Shown here one piece after another: positions 9,957 to 20,284 of a stretch of DNA of 32,000 bases. Positions within the stretch are counted from its first letter, which is position 1. Each line of letters starts with the position of its first letter. Location: NCBI RefSeq assembly GCF_000014785.1, contig NC_008340.1, forward strand, positions 2,280,001 through 2,312,000, given 5' to 3'. The notes beneath the pieces were generated by a model. The model was given only the letters and a program-made list of their open reading frames with translations. It was not told the origin of the DNA and made no database searches. The translations under genes and the position numbers were made by a program. The DNA is from Alkalilimnicola ehrlichii MLHE-1 (GTDB lineage Bacteria; Pseudomonadota; Gammaproteobacteria; Nitrococcales; Halorhodospiraceae).

Positions 9957-12278
9957 TTACCTCACGGTTTGTAACGCCACCCAGGCTTGTCCAAGACTCA
10001 ACCCGGCGTCGTTGGGCGGCGCCTGTCGGGCCTGGTATACACTCAGGCCAGCGTGTTCCAGTCGCATGCAAAGATCGCGCATCATCACCTGATTGGCACA
10101 GCACCCTCCCGCGATCGCCACTCGTTTCTGCCCTGCTTTCTCTGCCGCCCGACACAACCAGTCAGCCAGGCCGGCAGCCAGCGTGGCGTGGAACAGAGCA
10201 GCTCCGAACCCGCGTTCCGAGCTCCGGGTCAGCTCCGCAAGCAAGGGACGAAAGTCGAGCCCCTCCTGATCCAACGTCCAGCCCCCCTCCCATGCCGGAA
10301 CCGCCCCATGCTCGGCAGCAAGACCTTCGAGCAGCATGGCGGCCTGTCCCTCGAACCGGCTGACCGCCTTCACCTTGAGTAGGCCCGCCGCGGCATCGAA
10401 CAAGCGTCCAAGGCTACTGGTCCGCGGGCAGCGGGTGCCCGTAGCCAGCATTCCGGCCAGCCCTTGTGCACGGGGATGTTCCGGGAACCATGCGGGAATC
10501 CGCTCGCCCCAACCGAGCTCGTGCAGCGCGGCCGCAGCCATGCGCCAGGGTTCCCGGGCAGCCCGGTCCCCCCCCGGCAAAGGCAGAGGGCGCAGGAAAC
10601 CAAGGCGGCGAAAGCCGCCCCTACCATCAAGGGCGAGCAGTTCGCCCCCCCAGGGCTCGCCGTTATCCCCAAACCCCACGCCATCCAGTGCTGCACCCAA
10701 CATCGGGCCTTCCAGGCCATGCTCGGCCTGCACTGCGGCCAGATGCGCATGATGGTGCTGCACCCTGACCAAGGGGATCGCCCACTCCGCCGCTAAGCGG
10801 GCAGCCAGGGCACTGCTGTAAAAATCAGGATGACGGTCACAGGCGACGCAGTCGGGCCTGACCGCCAACACCCTCTGCAGATGGGCTACGGTGTCGTCCA
10901 AGGCTCGACAGGTAGCGGCGTTGTCCAGATCCCCAACGTGCTGGGATATGTACGCCTGGTCACCGCGTGTCAGGCAAACGGTGTTCTTCAGATGGCCGCC
11001 GGTAGCGAGGACCGGCGGCCCGCCACGGGGCAATCGGATCGGCGATGGGGTGACCCCCCGGCCACGGCGAAGGTACACGGCCCGTCCCTCTGCCTGACGA
11101 ACCACGCTGTCGTCGCAACGCACCAGAATGTCCCGGTCATGCACCAGCAGCGCATCCGCCAGGCCAGAAAGACGGCGCACAGCGTCCTGGTTATCCGTGA
11201 CCAGAGGCTCTCCGCCAGGGTTGGCGGAGGTACAGACCCACACCGGCTGCCCGGTGCCGGACAACCAAGCCAATCCCATCGGGCGTCCGGCGGCTTCGTG
11301 AAACAGCAGGTAATGCAAAGGCGTATACGGCAACATCACGCCCAGCCAAGGCATCCCTGGCGCCACGCCAGGCAGTTGCCGATCCACGGTGGGACGCTTC
11401 CCAGCCAGCAGGATTGGACGGTCGACGCCCGCCAGCAGGTGGCGCTCGCCTGGGGCCAGTCGTACCAGCCTCTCGGCTGCCTCAATGCCGGGGACCATGA
11501 CGGCGAAGGGCTTCTCGGACCGCCGTTTGCGGGTCCGCAGACGCGCAACAGCTTCCGGGTTTCCGGCATCGCACAGGAGATGGAAGCCGCCCAACCCTTT
11601 GATCGCGAGGATCTGTCCGCTGGTCAACCGGTCGACCGTGGCCGCAAGTACGTCCCCCACGGGCAGCGGATGTCCGTCACCGTCAAGTAGTTGCAGACTG
11701 GGGCCGCACTCCGGGCAGGCATTCGGCTGGGCATGGTACCGGCGATCGCCGGCGTCCTCATACTCCGCCAGACACCGGGGGCATTGGGGGAATTTGGCCA
11801 TGCTGGTCCGGACCCGGTCGTAGGGCAGTCCGGAGGTGAGTGTGTACCGTGGGCCGCAGTGGGTGCAGTTGATAAAAGGGTAACGGTAGCGCCGGTCTGC
11901 CGGATCGAACAGCTCTTCGAGACAGGCATCACAAACCGCCGCATCCGGCGTGATTTCGGTTGCCACCGCACCGCCGCTGCTGGGCCGGATACGAAACCCA
12001 CGCTCCCGGGGCTGCAAAGGGCAGGGGTTCTCTACCACCGCCTCGATGCGGGCCAGGGGCGGTGCCTGCTCTCGCAGAGCCACCATAAACCGGGCAAGCT
12101 GCGACCCGCCTCCCTGGACCTCCAGGCTGACGCCGCCCGCATCGTTGCGGACCCAACCACTAACGTTGCAGCTGTCAGCAAGGCACTTGACGAAAGGCCG
12201 GAAGCCCACACCCTGGACCCGGCCGCATACGCGGACTGCCAGACGCTTGGGCACCGAATGCCGGCTGACCGCATTCAT
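9957..12278 (-). CDS. hypF: Carbamoyltransferase/dehydratase HypF
   Basis: Acylphosphatase motif VCGRVQGVGFRPFV, two Cys4-type zinc fingers (CDACLEEL, CTHCGPRYT, CPRCLAEY, CPECGP), YrdC-like and Kae1-like domains (HHHAHLAA). Start trimmed from 12431 to the ATG at 12278, next to the hypB stop. Confidence 0.94.
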   Translation of the reverse strand: MNAVSRHSVPKRLAVRVCGRVQGVGFRPFVKCLADSCNVSGWVRNDAGGVSLEVQGGGSQLARFMVALREQAPPLARIEAVVENPCPLQPRERGFRIRPSSGGAVATEITPDAAVCDACLEELFDPADRRYRYPFINCTHCGPRYTLTSGLPYDRVRTSMAKFPQCPRCLAEYEDAGDRRYHAQPNACPECGPSLQLLDGDGHPLPVGDVLAATVDRLTSGQILAIKGLGGFHLLCDAGNPEAVARLRTRKRRSEKPFAVMVPGIEAAERLVRLAPGERHLLAGVDRPILLAGKRPTVDRQLPGVAPGMPWLGVMLPYTPLHYLLFHEAAGRPMGLAWLSGTGQPVWVCTSANPGGEPLVTDNQDAVRRLSGLADALLVHDRDILVRCDDSVVRQAEGRAVYLRRGRGVTPSPIRLPRGGPPVLATGGHLKNTVCLTRGDQAYISQHVGDLDNAATCRALDDTVAHLQRVLAVRPDCVACDRHPDFYSSALAARLAAEWAIPLVRVQHHHAHLAAVQAEHGLEGPMLGAALDGVGFGDNGEPWGGELLALDGRGGFRRLGFLRPLPLPGGDRAAREPWRMAAAALHELGWGERIPAWFPEHPRAQGLAGMLATGTRCPRTSSLGRLFDAAAGLLKVKAVSRFEGQAAMLLEGLAAEHGAVPAWEGGWTLDQEGLDFRPLLAELTRSSERGFGAALFHATLAAGLADWLCRAAEKAGQKRVAIAGGCCANQVMMRDLCMRLEHAGLSVYQARQAPPNDAGLSLGQAWVALQTVR

Positions 12279-12279
12279 C

Positions 12280-13227
12280 TCACCGACCCGCACCCGCAGC
12301 CCGAAGACGGCGCAACTCCGCTTCCATCGCCGCCACCCGATTACGCAGCGTCGCCACCGTTTCCTCGCGAGCTGCGCTGGCGCGAGCCACACCACGCTCA
12401 ACCCAACCAACCCACTCCGCAAGCCCTTCACCGCTTTGGGCCGAGACTTGCATGATCTGGATGTCGGGGTTCACCTGTCGCGCATAGCTCAGACAGCGCT
12501 CAACGTTAAAGTCAACGTGGGGTAGCAGGTCAATCTTGTTCAGCAGCAGCAGATCCGCCGCATCGAACATATCAGGATACTTAAGCGGTTTATCCTCCCC
12601 CTCAGTTACGGAGAGGACCGCAACCTTATGGTTCTCTCCGAGATCGAACGCGGCAGGACAGACCAGGTTACCGACATTCTCGATCATCAGGACGCCATCC
12701 TGCAGCTCCGGGATACGCTCCAGCGCATGCCCCACCATGTGACCGTCCAAATGGCAGCCCTTGCCGGTGTTCACCTGGACTGCAGTCACACCGGTGGCCC
12801 GGATCCGCGCCGCATCATGATCCGTCTGCTGATCGCCCTCGATCACCGCCACCGGCAACCGCTCCCGCAACGCACGGATCGTGGCCGTGAGCAGCGTGGT
12901 CTTGCCTGAGCCGGGACTAGACACCAGATTCAGTACGAAAAGGCCCCGGTCCCGGAATTGCTGACGATTGGCCTCTGCATAGCGATTGTTCTTGGCGAGG
13001 ATGTCCTGCTCGATGCGCACCATGCGGCTTGGGCTCATCCCGGGTGCGTGCGCATGGTGCGCTTGAGCACCGTCAGCGCCATCGCTCGGGGCATCCACCG
13101 CAAGCCCGGCAGCCGCGGCAGCAACAGGATGTCCCCGCGGCTCATCGGCTGGGTCGTGACCATGGTGGTGGGTCACTTCACCGTCCACGCGGGTCTCATC
13201 AGCCCCGCAACCGCATACCGTACACAT
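12280..13227 (-). CDS. hypB: Nickel-incorporation GTPase HypB
   Basis: N-terminal MCTVCGCG metal motif, moderately His-rich linker, GTPase P-loop [12 protein letters not shown] and NKIDLLP. Confidence 0.96.
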   Translation of the reverse strand: MCTVCGCGADETRVDGEVTHHHGHDPADEPRGHPVAAAAAGLAVDAPSDGADGAQAHHAHAPGMSPSRMVRIEQDILAKNNRYAEANRQQFRDRGLFVLNLVSSPGSGKTTLLTATIRALRERLPVAVIEGDQQTDHDAARIRATGVTAVQVNTGKGCHLDGHMVGHALERIPELQDGVLMIENVGNLVCPAAFDLGENHKVAVLSVTEGEDKPLKYPDMFDAADLLLLNKIDLLPHVDFNVERCLSYARQVNPDIQIMQVSAQSGEGLAEWVGWVERGVARASAAREETVATLRNRVAAMEAELRRLRAAGAGR

Positions 13228-13568
13228 CAGTCCACCTCCAGATCCTTGATCCGTAGTTCATCGCCACCAATCACCTGCAACTGATAGCTGCCACAATCAG
13301 GGCAGGCATCAAACCGGCGCCTGACGGCGACCCTTTCCCCGCATCCGAGACAGAATGCCTGCCCTGGTCGTTGAACAATCTCAAGTCGCGCCCCGTCCGC
13401 AAGCGTATCGCGGCAAACGACGTCAAAACCGAAATACATTGCGTCGAGCTCCACCCCGGCCAGTTCCCCCACCTCCAGGCGAACCGTCCGCACCCGACTG
13501 AACATCTGACGACGCGCCTCTTCCTCCAGGATTTGCAGAATCCCCTCACAAAGCGACATCTCATGCAT
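13227..13568 (-). CDS. hypA: Hydrogenase nickel metallochaperone HypA
   Basis: N-terminal [10 protein letters not shown]; zinc domain CLGCGERV...CPDCGS. Confidence 0.95.
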   Translation of the reverse strand: MHEMSLCEGILQILEEEARRQMFSRVRTVRLEVGELAGVELDAMYFGFDVVCRDTLADGARLEIVQRPGQAFCLGCGERVAVRRRFDACPDCGSYQLQVIGGDELRIKDLEVD

Positions 13569-14707
13569 CAGTGGACCTCCACCCGGCTGCCGACACAGGG
13601 GTTCAGAGCCAGCACTGCCAGTTCCGCAAGCCGCCGGACCCCCTCCGCCGGGCCTCCGCCTGGTCGCTCACGAAGCCCGCTCACCAAGACACCCCGGGGA
13701 TGAAAGTTCCATTCGGTGGGGGCGACAACGGCATAATCCGCGACCTGGCCCCTGTGCAACCGCACCCAATGCAGCAGAAGACCGCGGGCCGTATCCACGA
13801 TGCCACAGCCGGTGCCCGTGACCTGACCCACCTCCTCGGAAACAGGTTCAACGCCTATTGCCCGTAGGGCATTGCGCAGGCGGCCGGGCAGAACCAATAG
13901 TTCCAGCACCGCGGCCAAGAGGCGGGGCAGGATTCCCGGGCCATGGCGGGCGAGCACCCCCTGGAGTGCCGGGTTCGCCCGCTGGCGGGCGAAGGGTCCA
14001 GTCTCCCGTAGCCCAGCCTGGGCCGTGCCGGATTCGCCTGCCTCGTCTCGCGGGTCGAGGGGCCATACCGCAAGGTCGCGTGAACCTTGCAAGCAGTCGC
14101 CCACGGCGCGTAAACCAGCCGGCTCCAACGACGGCAAACTAGCCACACCAAAGCCCTGCGGCACCTCATCACGCACCCAGCGCAGCGCCGCCGCCACTTC
14201 GCTATCGCAGCAATCCAGCCAGCTATCGACGTCGGCGCTGTCGGCCAGTACCGAGGTCCCCACGATTTCGAACAAGGCAGACTCCAGCCGGTTTACGGCG
14301 GCGTCGCGCCCCCTTATGTCATCACCCACCGCGCACATTACCCCCCGCAAGGCCCTGTTGGCTTCGCTAAGCCCTGCCGGCGTGCCCTTCAGCAACTGTC
14401 GAGGCAGACACAGCCCCAGCCGCCAAAGGTGCTCGCGGATCCACTCCAGCAGAACACCGGGGTGCTCTTGGACACCCGCCCCCCCACCGCGCTGCACGCC
14501 CGCACCCGCCAGCGCCGCGCGCGCAGCGGTTGCCTGCGCCTCGCCGCACACACCGAACAGCAGCCGCATGCGCCCCGGCACATAGCCGGCGGCCGAACCC
14601 CGCAGTAGGTCACCCACCCAAGGTGGACGCCGTCCCTGCAGAACGACTTCGTTGATCCGACCGCGCCGCCGATGAAGCTGCAGCACCAATTCCGCGCCCG
14701 AAGACAT
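13568..14707 (-). CDS. hupK: HupK/HoxV-like hydrogenase maturation factor (degenerate large-subunit paralog)
   Basis: C-terminal VADYAVVAPTEWNFHPRGVLVSGL...LNPCVGSRVEVH resembles a hydrogenase large-subunit C-terminus but lacks DPCxxCxxH; position between hupJ and hypA matches known hup operons. Confidence 0.85.
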   Translation of the reverse strand: MSSGAELVLQLHRRRGRINEVVLQGRRPPWVGDLLRGSAAGYVPGRMRLLFGVCGEAQATAARAALAGAGVQRGGGAGVQEHPGVLLEWIREHLWRLGLCLPRQLLKGTPAGLSEANRALRGVMCAVGDDIRGRDAAVNRLESALFEIVGTSVLADSADVDSWLDCCDSEVAAALRWVRDEVPQGFGVASLPSLEPAGLRAVGDCLQGSRDLAVWPLDPRDEAGESGTAQAGLRETGPFARQRANPALQGVLARHGPGILPRLLAAVLELLVLPGRLRNALRAIGVEPVSEEVGQVTGTGCGIVDTARGLLLHWVRLHRGQVADYAVVAPTEWNFHPRGVLVSGLRERPGGGPAEGVRRLAELAVLALNPCVGSRVEVH

Positions 14708-15183
14708 CAGCGCCCCTCATCGTCGAAACGGCCCGTCAGCACGGCCCGGCGACTATGACCCGACGGACGACATACCGCGCGCAAGGCCGCCTCCGCTACC
14801 ATCCGAAAGCTGTCCTGGTCCTCCACCCGCTCAACGGGCGACATAATGGAACAGGCCTGAAAGGTGCCGATGCCGGCCGCCCTGCAAACATGAAACAAGT
14901 AAACGCCCGCCGGCAGGGCCCAATGCTGCTCGCTCCGTTCGGGCAGTTGTTCCCAGTCCTCGCCTTCGCCGGGCATAAGGATCAGGTTGAGGAACCAAGG
15001 ACTGAGCAGTGCCCCGAACGGTCGCCCCTGGTAACGATGGAATCCCACAGCCTCGACCGTCAGTGCCGGATTGGCCAGGGCTATCTCAGCCATTTGTTCA
15101 GCCTGAACACGGTGGAATGCCGCTTCCAGTAGCCGGACTTGTTGCGTCAGCCACGTGTCGCGATTCATCGCCGGATCCTTCAT
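14707..15183 (-). CDS. hupJ: HupJ/HybE-family hydrogenase assembly chaperone
   Basis: ANPALTVEAVGFHRYQGRPFGALLSPWFLNLILMPG is typical of the HybE/HupJ family; start may be the second ATG (MNRDTW). Confidence 0.88.
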   Translation of the reverse strand: MKDPAMNRDTWLTQQVRLLEAAFHRVQAEQMAEIALANPALTVEAVGFHRYQGRPFGALLSPWFLNLILMPGEGEDWEQLPERSEQHWALPAGVYLFHVCRAAGIGTFQACSIMSPVERVEDQDSFRMVAEAALRAVCRPSGHSRRAVLTGRFDDEGR

Positions 15184-15404
15184 AAGTCGTCCGGAACCAC
15201 CATGAACTGTTCCCGTGCCCCCTCACAGACGGGACAGACCCAGTCAGATGGCAGGTCGGCGAATGGCGTGCCTGCGGCAACCTGGGACTCGGGGTCGCCT
15301 TCCTCCGGATCGTAGACATACCAGCAGATCTTGCACTCCATGCGCGTCTCTGGGGCGATACGGCTGGCGTCCCCCAAGTAGGAGCCCTCGAAGGTGGGGG
15401 TCAT
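15180..15404 (-). CDS. hupI: Rubredoxin HupI/HoxR
   Basis: MECKICWYVYDPEEGD...FADLPSDWVCPVCEGAREQF, a classic rubredoxin fold with two CxxC motifs. Confidence 0.93.
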   Translation of the reverse strand: MTPTFEGSYLGDASRIAPETRMECKICWYVYDPEEGDPESQVAAGTPFADLPSDWVCPVCEGAREQFMVVPDDL

Positions 15405-16237
15405 CGCGTCACCTCCAATACTTCAGCCACTCGATCAGCGCTGTCAGCAATATCCTCGGGTGCTGCACAAACCACGTCCGGCACAGCCACGACCTCAAGG
15501 GTGTTGAGGATGAGGACGTCCACTGAATTGAAGTACTGCACCCACCAGACTCCGGCAGTCATCGTGGCGGTCACCCTGCAGTTCCCGTATCCCCGCGACA
15601 GTACCGCGGTCTCACTACGACCCAGCGCCTCGTCCAGGCATTCATGGTCTTCCGGCGTCAAGGGCAGTAGGCTGAGATTAATGACATGGCGCCCGTTGTT
15701 CGATAGAACATCAAGATGTTCCGTGAGCTCGCTCAGGACGCCGGGCGCGTTCATTACACCTTCCGGCCACTGCTCCGGTAACCGCGGCGCCGGCGAGGCT
15801 TCCGCGAAGGCGTTCAGCAAACAATCCGGCACCGGCCCGATCTCCAGGCGGTCTCTCCCAGCCGCCGCATCCGCAACCCGCCAGACACCGGCAAACACCG
15901 ATTCCTGGGCGACCACACCATGCCCCGGAAGGCGTGCGCTGACCTCGCCATCCCCAAGTACCTCATCCAGTAGTCTGCGTTCCGCGTCGGAGAGCGTCGA
16001 TACATCGAGATGGATGTTCCGCTCATCCGGCTGCCAGCGCCGGGCCCCGGCGATCACGCTTTCCAGGCAACGCAGGGTCCCCTCCCGGTCGCTCAGCACC
16101 TCGGGATCGGGGAGCACCGCCGGGGAGAATGTGCCCATCCCTTTTGGCATCGGCAGATAATCCAGCCCTGGCTCCTCAAAGCCGCTGCCCGCGGGGCCGG
16201 AGAGGGGGTGTTCCACATGCCCATCCTGGTTCGACAT
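15401..16237 (-). CDS. hupH: HupH/HoxQ-like hydrogenase expression/formation protein
   Basis: HLDVSTLSDAERRLLDEVLGDGEV and HVINLSLLPLTPEDHECLDEALG repeats plus GVWWVQYFNS motif. Start trimmed to MSNQDGH. Confidence 0.88.
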   Translation of the reverse strand: MSNQDGHVEHPLSGPAGSGFEEPGLDYLPMPKGMGTFSPAVLPDPEVLSDREGTLRCLESVIAGARRWQPDERNIHLDVSTLSDAERRLLDEVLGDGEVSARLPGHGVVAQESVFAGVWRVADAAAGRDRLEIGPVPDCLLNAFAEASPAPRLPEQWPEGVMNAPGVLSELTEHLDVLSNNGRHVINLSLLPLTPEDHECLDEALGRSETAVLSRGYGNCRVTATMTAGVWWVQYFNSVDVLILNTLEVVAVPDVVCAAPEDIADSADRVAEVLEVTR

Positions 16238-16245
16238 AACGCCTC

Positions 16246-16683
16246 CTATGAATTGCAACCGGTGGCCGATGAGGCCCCGCCACTTACAGGAATACCCACC
16301 GACGGTGGCCGACGTACCGGCCCCTCGAGCAATCGATTCAGCTCTTCGAGGAAGACCAACCAGTCCCTCATACCCTCGATACAACCCAGGTAGCCCCCAT
16401 CACGCAGCACCACCAGGGCTGGCCACCGGCGCACACCGAAACGCCGCCCGACAGCCTTTTCCGAATCCTGGCTTACCACGGCGGCCTGCAGCCGCCCTCC
16501 CATAGCCGTCAGGAGTTCCGGCAACACCACCGCAAAATCCCCGCTTTCCCGCACACGCCCGGGATCTCCGGCCAGCAACAACATTGCCTCGCCGGCCTGC
16601 TCTGCCCACTCCTCCACCCCGGCCTCATTGACCCGAGGCAGGCCATGCTCCTCAGTCAGTTGATCCAGCAGGATTTGGCTCAT
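16246..16683 (-). CDS. hupG: HupG/HoxO/HyaE-like thioredoxin-fold chaperone
   Basis: DFAVVLPELLTAMGGRLQAAVVSQDSEKAVGRRFGVRRWPALVVLRDGGYLGCIEGMRDW; position between hupF and hupH. Start trimmed to MSQILLD. Confidence 0.87.
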   Translation of the reverse strand: MSQILLDQLTEEHGLPRVNEAGVEEWAEQAGEAMLLLAGDPGRVRESGDFAVVLPELLTAMGGRLQAAVVSQDSEKAVGRRFGVRRWPALVVLRDGGYLGCIEGMRDWLVFLEELNRLLEGPVRRPPSVGIPVSGGASSATGCNS

Positions 16684-17038
16684 AAATCTTGCCTCCAACA
16701 CTATGTCGTTGAGCGCTTTCAGGTTGACTTCCGTCGCCGTCATCCTGCGGCCTGAGGTGTGCCGGCAGTTGCGGCTCACGTCCTTCGAGATCCTGAAACA
16801 GGCCCGCAACTGTTACACCGGCACGCGCTGCCTCAAGCGCCTCCAGTGCCGTGGCGATCTCTGCGGCGCGCTGCCCGTCGATGACCTCCCGTGCCGTGTC
16901 GATATGCACCAGCAGCCAGCTACCCACAGGCTGCGGGCCGACCAGCATCAGGTCCACCCGAGCCACACCCTGGCAACCTTCTGCGAGCGCCCAGGTACCG
17001 TGACACTCCAATACCCGCATCGGTATGCCAATGCACAT
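16652..17038 (-). CDS. hupF: HypC-paralogous hydrogenase chaperone HupF/HoxL
   Basis: MCIGIPMRVLECHG with Cys2 and a HypC/HupF-family core (VGSWLLVHIDTAREVID). Confidence 0.9.
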   Translation of the reverse strand: MCIGIPMRVLECHGTWALAEGCQGVARVDLMLVGPQPVGSWLLVHIDTAREVIDGQRAAEIATALEALEAARAGVTVAGLFQDLEGREPQLPAHLRPQDDGDGSQPESAQRHSVGGKIYEPNPAGSTD

Positions 17039-17664
17039 CAGGCTTGCCCCCTAACGGCCAGAACACGCGGATCACCATAGCGGCAGGCTGCCCCCTCATC
17101 CGGCCGATCCGCCTCGTAGCGGGCCATATCCAGAGCGGAATCGTTCAGCCGCGGCCTGGCGGACCGGCAGCGCGGCGCGGGCGATACCCCCCATTCGCGA
17201 AGGCAATCCAACGCAATCGCCAGTGCCTCCGGCACCCGGGCCTTGACACTCGCCCGAAGGCTACCGCCGTAATCCTCCAGCTCCTCGGGTTGAACCCCGA
17301 TCAATACGAGGGCCTCAGGCAGTTGACCCAAGAGGTCCGCCGTTGCGAGGACCTCTTGAAAGCCTGTCTGATGAAGGCTCATTTTCTTGGCGCCCATGAA
17401 CTTCGGAACATCCGCACCACGAACCACCTTGAGGGTGCCCGGCGGCAAGGCGTAATCCACCGCATCGAATACGAGCAGGCGGTGTGCGGCCGTCACGTAC
17501 TCCAGCAGATACAACCCCTGGGTGCCGCCATCGAGGAGCCGTACCCGATCCTCCGGCAGGTCATACTCCGCCGCCAGCGCCTCTGCGGCACGCACACCGA
17601 AACCCTCATCCGCCCAGAGCAGGTTGCCGATGCCCAACACGAGAATGTCTGGTTCCTGTCCCAT
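17038..17664 (-). CDS. hupD: Hydrogenase maturation endopeptidase HupD
   Basis: DILVLGIGNLLWADEGFGVRAAEAL, LLDGGTQGLYLL and FDAVDYALPPG are signatures of the HycI/HupD protease family. Start trimmed to MGQEPDI. Confidence 0.93.
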   Translation of the reverse strand: MGQEPDILVLGIGNLLWADEGFGVRAAEALAAEYDLPEDRVRLLDGGTQGLYLLEYVTAAHRLLVFDAVDYALPPGTLKVVRGADVPKFMGAKKMSLHQTGFQEVLATADLLGQLPEALVLIGVQPEELEDYGGSLRASVKARVPEALAIALDCLREWGVSPAPRCRSARPRLNDSALDMARYEADRPDEGAACRYGDPRVLAVRGQA

Positions 17665-17726
17665 CGGTTCACATCCTCCGATTCTCTGCCGGACCCCACG
17701 CCGAGCCCGGCAACAGAGTGCCCAAC

Positions 17727-18449
17727 TCAATCGCGCCGATTGTCTTTGAACAGACGGTGGCCACTGACCATCGTGCTGATGATGCTCTGCCGCGACATAA
17801 TGTCCTCTCGGAACGCCACGTAAATGTGGACGATCACAAAGAGCACGATCCAGTACATTCCCAGGTGGTGCCATGAGTGCAGCAACTGAGTATTCCCAAA
17901 GAGAGGGATCAGCCACCCGAACAGGGCGTCCTGCCAGCTTCCTTGGCCCGCGCCCTCGGCATACAGAGCAAAGCCTGTAAAGATCATGAATACTGAACCG
18001 AGGGTCATGAACAGAAACATCGCGAGTTGTGCCAGAGGATTGTGGCCCACATACTTCTTGGGTTCCCGCTCCAAGAACAGGTACCAACGCAGTTCCCTAC
18101 CGACCTCGCGCCACCAGCTCCCTCGGTAGAGCGGCAACTTAAAGAGCTGCCTCGCATGCTCATTACCCACCAGGGCCCAATAAATCCGCCCCAGGAAGCC
18201 GATCGCAAATATGTACGCGGCGGTAAAGTGGGCAAATCGGATGTAACCCAACAGGTAATTATCAATCGCTTCCCCCGGCCGGCTCGCCGGGGGATGGGCA
18301 ATAAGATACCCCGTCGCTATCAGAACGATGATGCAAAGTGCATTCACCCAATGCCACAGACGCAATGGGGCCTCATAAACGTAAAGCTCCTTCCACTTCT
18401 CCTGTTTTGTTGATGTGCCACCTTTCACTTCTTCTTCTGCTGTAGCCAT
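17727..18449 (-). CDS. hupC: Ni/Fe-hydrogenase b-type cytochrome subunit
   Basis: YVYEAPLRLWHWVNALCIIVLIATGYLI and HSWHHLGMYWIVLFVIVHIYVAFREDIMSRQSIISTM; four predicted hydrophobic helices with His ligands. Confidence 0.95.
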   Translation of the reverse strand: MATAEEEVKGGTSTKQEKWKELYVYEAPLRLWHWVNALCIIVLIATGYLIAHPPASRPGEAIDNYLLGYIRFAHFTAAYIFAIGFLGRIYWALVGNEHARQLFKLPLYRGSWWREVGRELRWYLFLEREPKKYVGHNPLAQLAMFLFMTLGSVFMIFTGFALYAEGAGQGSWQDALFGWLIPLFGNTQLLHSWHHLGMYWIVLFVIVHIYVAFREDIMSRQSIISTMVSGHRLFKDNRRD

Positions 18450-18464
18450 AACTCTATCCTCCCA

Positions 18465-18487
18465 GGAGGCCCCGCCCGGGGCCCTCC
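18465..18487 (-). other. GC-rich stem-loop between hupL and hupC
   Basis: Plus-strand GGAGGCCCCGCCCGGGGCCCTCC; 9 bp of pairing with one bulged C and a 4-nt loop, directly upstream of the hupC ribosome-binding region. Confidence 0.55.
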
Positions 18488-18496
18488 ATACACCGC

Positions 18497-20284
18497 TTAG
18501 CGCACCTTCACTCGGGTGAGTTCCCGGCCGTCATCGCCCATCACATGGGTAGAACAGGCGAGGCAGGGGTCGAAGCTGTGCAATGTCCGCAGGATCTCGA
18601 GCGGTTGGTCGCGCTTCGCTAGCGGCGTATTCAGCAGGGAGGCTTCGAACGGCCCGATCTCACCCCTGGCGTCGCGGGGCGACCCATTCCATGTGGTAGG
18701 CACAACGCACTGGTAGTTCTCGATCTTCCGATTCTTGATTACCACCCAGTGTCCCAACGCGCCCCGAGGCGCTTCTGTGAACCCAACTCCACGGGTCTCC
18801 GAGGGCCATTTGTCGGGTTCCCATTTGGCCACGTTGGCGGTGGCTGTATCCCCGGCCCGGATAGTCGCGACCAGCTTATCCTGGAAGTACCGCATCTTAT
18901 GGGCGGCCCAGGACGCCTCCAGGCCCCGTGCGGCCGTCCGGCCGAGGGTTGAGAACAGGGCCTCCAACGGAACACCCAAGTCATGAAGAAAGGCGTCGGT
19001 CGGTTCCTTGAATTCCGGGTTTCCCTGCATGTAACCGATCACATAGCGGGCCAGAGGGCCGACTTCCATAGCGTGGCCCCGCCAACGCGGCGCCTTAATC
19101 CAGGAGTACTTGCCCGCCTCGTCCAATTGTTGAATATTATCGTGGCGTCCTTTGGTATTGGGGCCCAACCGGTAATCGGCCTCGGTGATACCATCCCACG
19201 GGTGCAGGCCGATATCGTCATCACCGTAGCGGTACCAAGAATGAGTGACGAACTCCTGAATTTCATCAGGGTCCCGCAGGTCCACCGGGTGGACCTCGTC
19301 AAGCTTACCGTTGATGATGGCGCCTTTCGGCATCAGCAGGCTGTTGTAATCGTTGGCATGCTCCGGCACATCCCCATAGGAGAGAAGACTCCGGCTGGCC
19401 AGGCCACCTCCGTATAGCCAGTCCGTATAATACGAAGCAATGGCTTTGAGGTCAGGGAGATAAACCTGATCGACGAACTGGATGCAACGATCAATGATTT
19501 CCGAGACCAGGTTAAGGCGCTCTATGTTGATCGCTCCGCCTGCCCCAGTATCGTCCATATTGATTGGGCACGGCACGCCACCAACCAACCAATTCGGGTG
19601 CGGGTTCTTTCCGCCATAGACTGCATGAATCTTTGTGATTTCCTTCTGGAAATCGAGGGCCTCCAAGTAGTGTGCAACCGCCATCAGGTTGGCTTCCGGC
19701 GGCAACTTATAAGCCGGATTACCCCAATAGCCATTGGCGAAGGGCCCGAGCTGCCCGGACTCCACGAATCGCTTCAGTCGGTGCTGAATGTCCCGAAAGT
19801 ACCCTGGCGAGGAAAGTGGCCAACTCGAAATGCTCTGGGCAAGACTGGACGTCGCCTGAGGGCTCGCCTTAAGCGCATCCACCACATCAACCCAGTCCAA
19901 GGCATGCAGATGGTAAAAATGCACCAGATGGTCATGCACCTGAAGGGCCAGTTGCATAATGTTGCGAATGGAGTTGGCATTCTCCGGGATACTGATGCCG
20001 AGGGCATCTTCCACCGCACGCACCGAAGTCAGGGCGTGGGTTCCGGTGCACACCCCGCAGATGCGCTGCGTAAATGCCCAGGCATCGCGAGGATCCCGCC
20101 CTTTCAGGATCACCTCCAACCCACGCCACAAGGTCCCTGTGGAAACAGCGTTGGTAATGACGTTGTTTTCATCCAGGTTCACCTCGCAACGCATATGCCC
20201 TTCGATGCGGGTTACCGGATCAACCACCAAACGGCGGCCGCCATCGTTAAGAGTAAATCCGTTCGACGTTGTAACGACTGACAT
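18497..20284 (-). CDS. hupL: Uptake [NiFe] hydrogenase large subunit
   Basis: [38 protein letters not shown] and [24 protein letters not shown] with cleavable C-terminal extension. Confidence 0.97.
   Translation of the reverse strand: MSVVTTSNGFTLNDGGRRLVVDPVTRIEGHMRCEVNLDENNVITNAVSTGTLWRGLEVILKGRDPRDAWAFTQRICGVCTGTHALTSVRAVEDALGISIPENANSIRNIMQLALQVHDHLVHFYHLHALDWVDVVDALKASPQATSSLAQSISSWPLSSPGYFRDIQHRLKRFVESGQLGPFANGYWGNPAYKLPPEANLMAVAHYLEALDFQKEITKIHAVYGGKNPHPNWLVGGVPCPINMDDTGAGGAINIERLNLVSEIIDRCIQFVDQVYLPDLKAIASYYTDWLYGGGLASRSLLSYGDVPEHANDYNSLLMPKGAIINGKLDEVHPVDLRDPDEIQEFVTHSWYRYGDDDIGLHPWDGITEADYRLGPNTKGRHDNIQQLDEAGKYSWIKAPRWRGHAMEVGPLARYVIGYMQGNPEFKEPTDAFLHDLGVPLEALFSTLGRTAARGLEASWAAHKMRYFQDKLVATIRAGDTATANVAKWEPDKWPSETRGVGFTEAPRGALGHWVVIKNRKIENYQCVVPTTWNGSPRDARGEIGPFEASLLNTPLAKRDQPLEILRTLHSFDPCLACSTHVMGDDGRELTRVKVR

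Noticed and set aside
10830-11690. 286-codon plus-strand ORF opposite hypF
   Set aside because: Antisense to HypF catalytic domains; no family signature and no dedicated upstream region.
17665-18087. N-terminal 141 residues of the hupD track ORF
   Set aside because: This segment overlaps hupC in another frame; HupD homology begins at MGQEPDILVLG.
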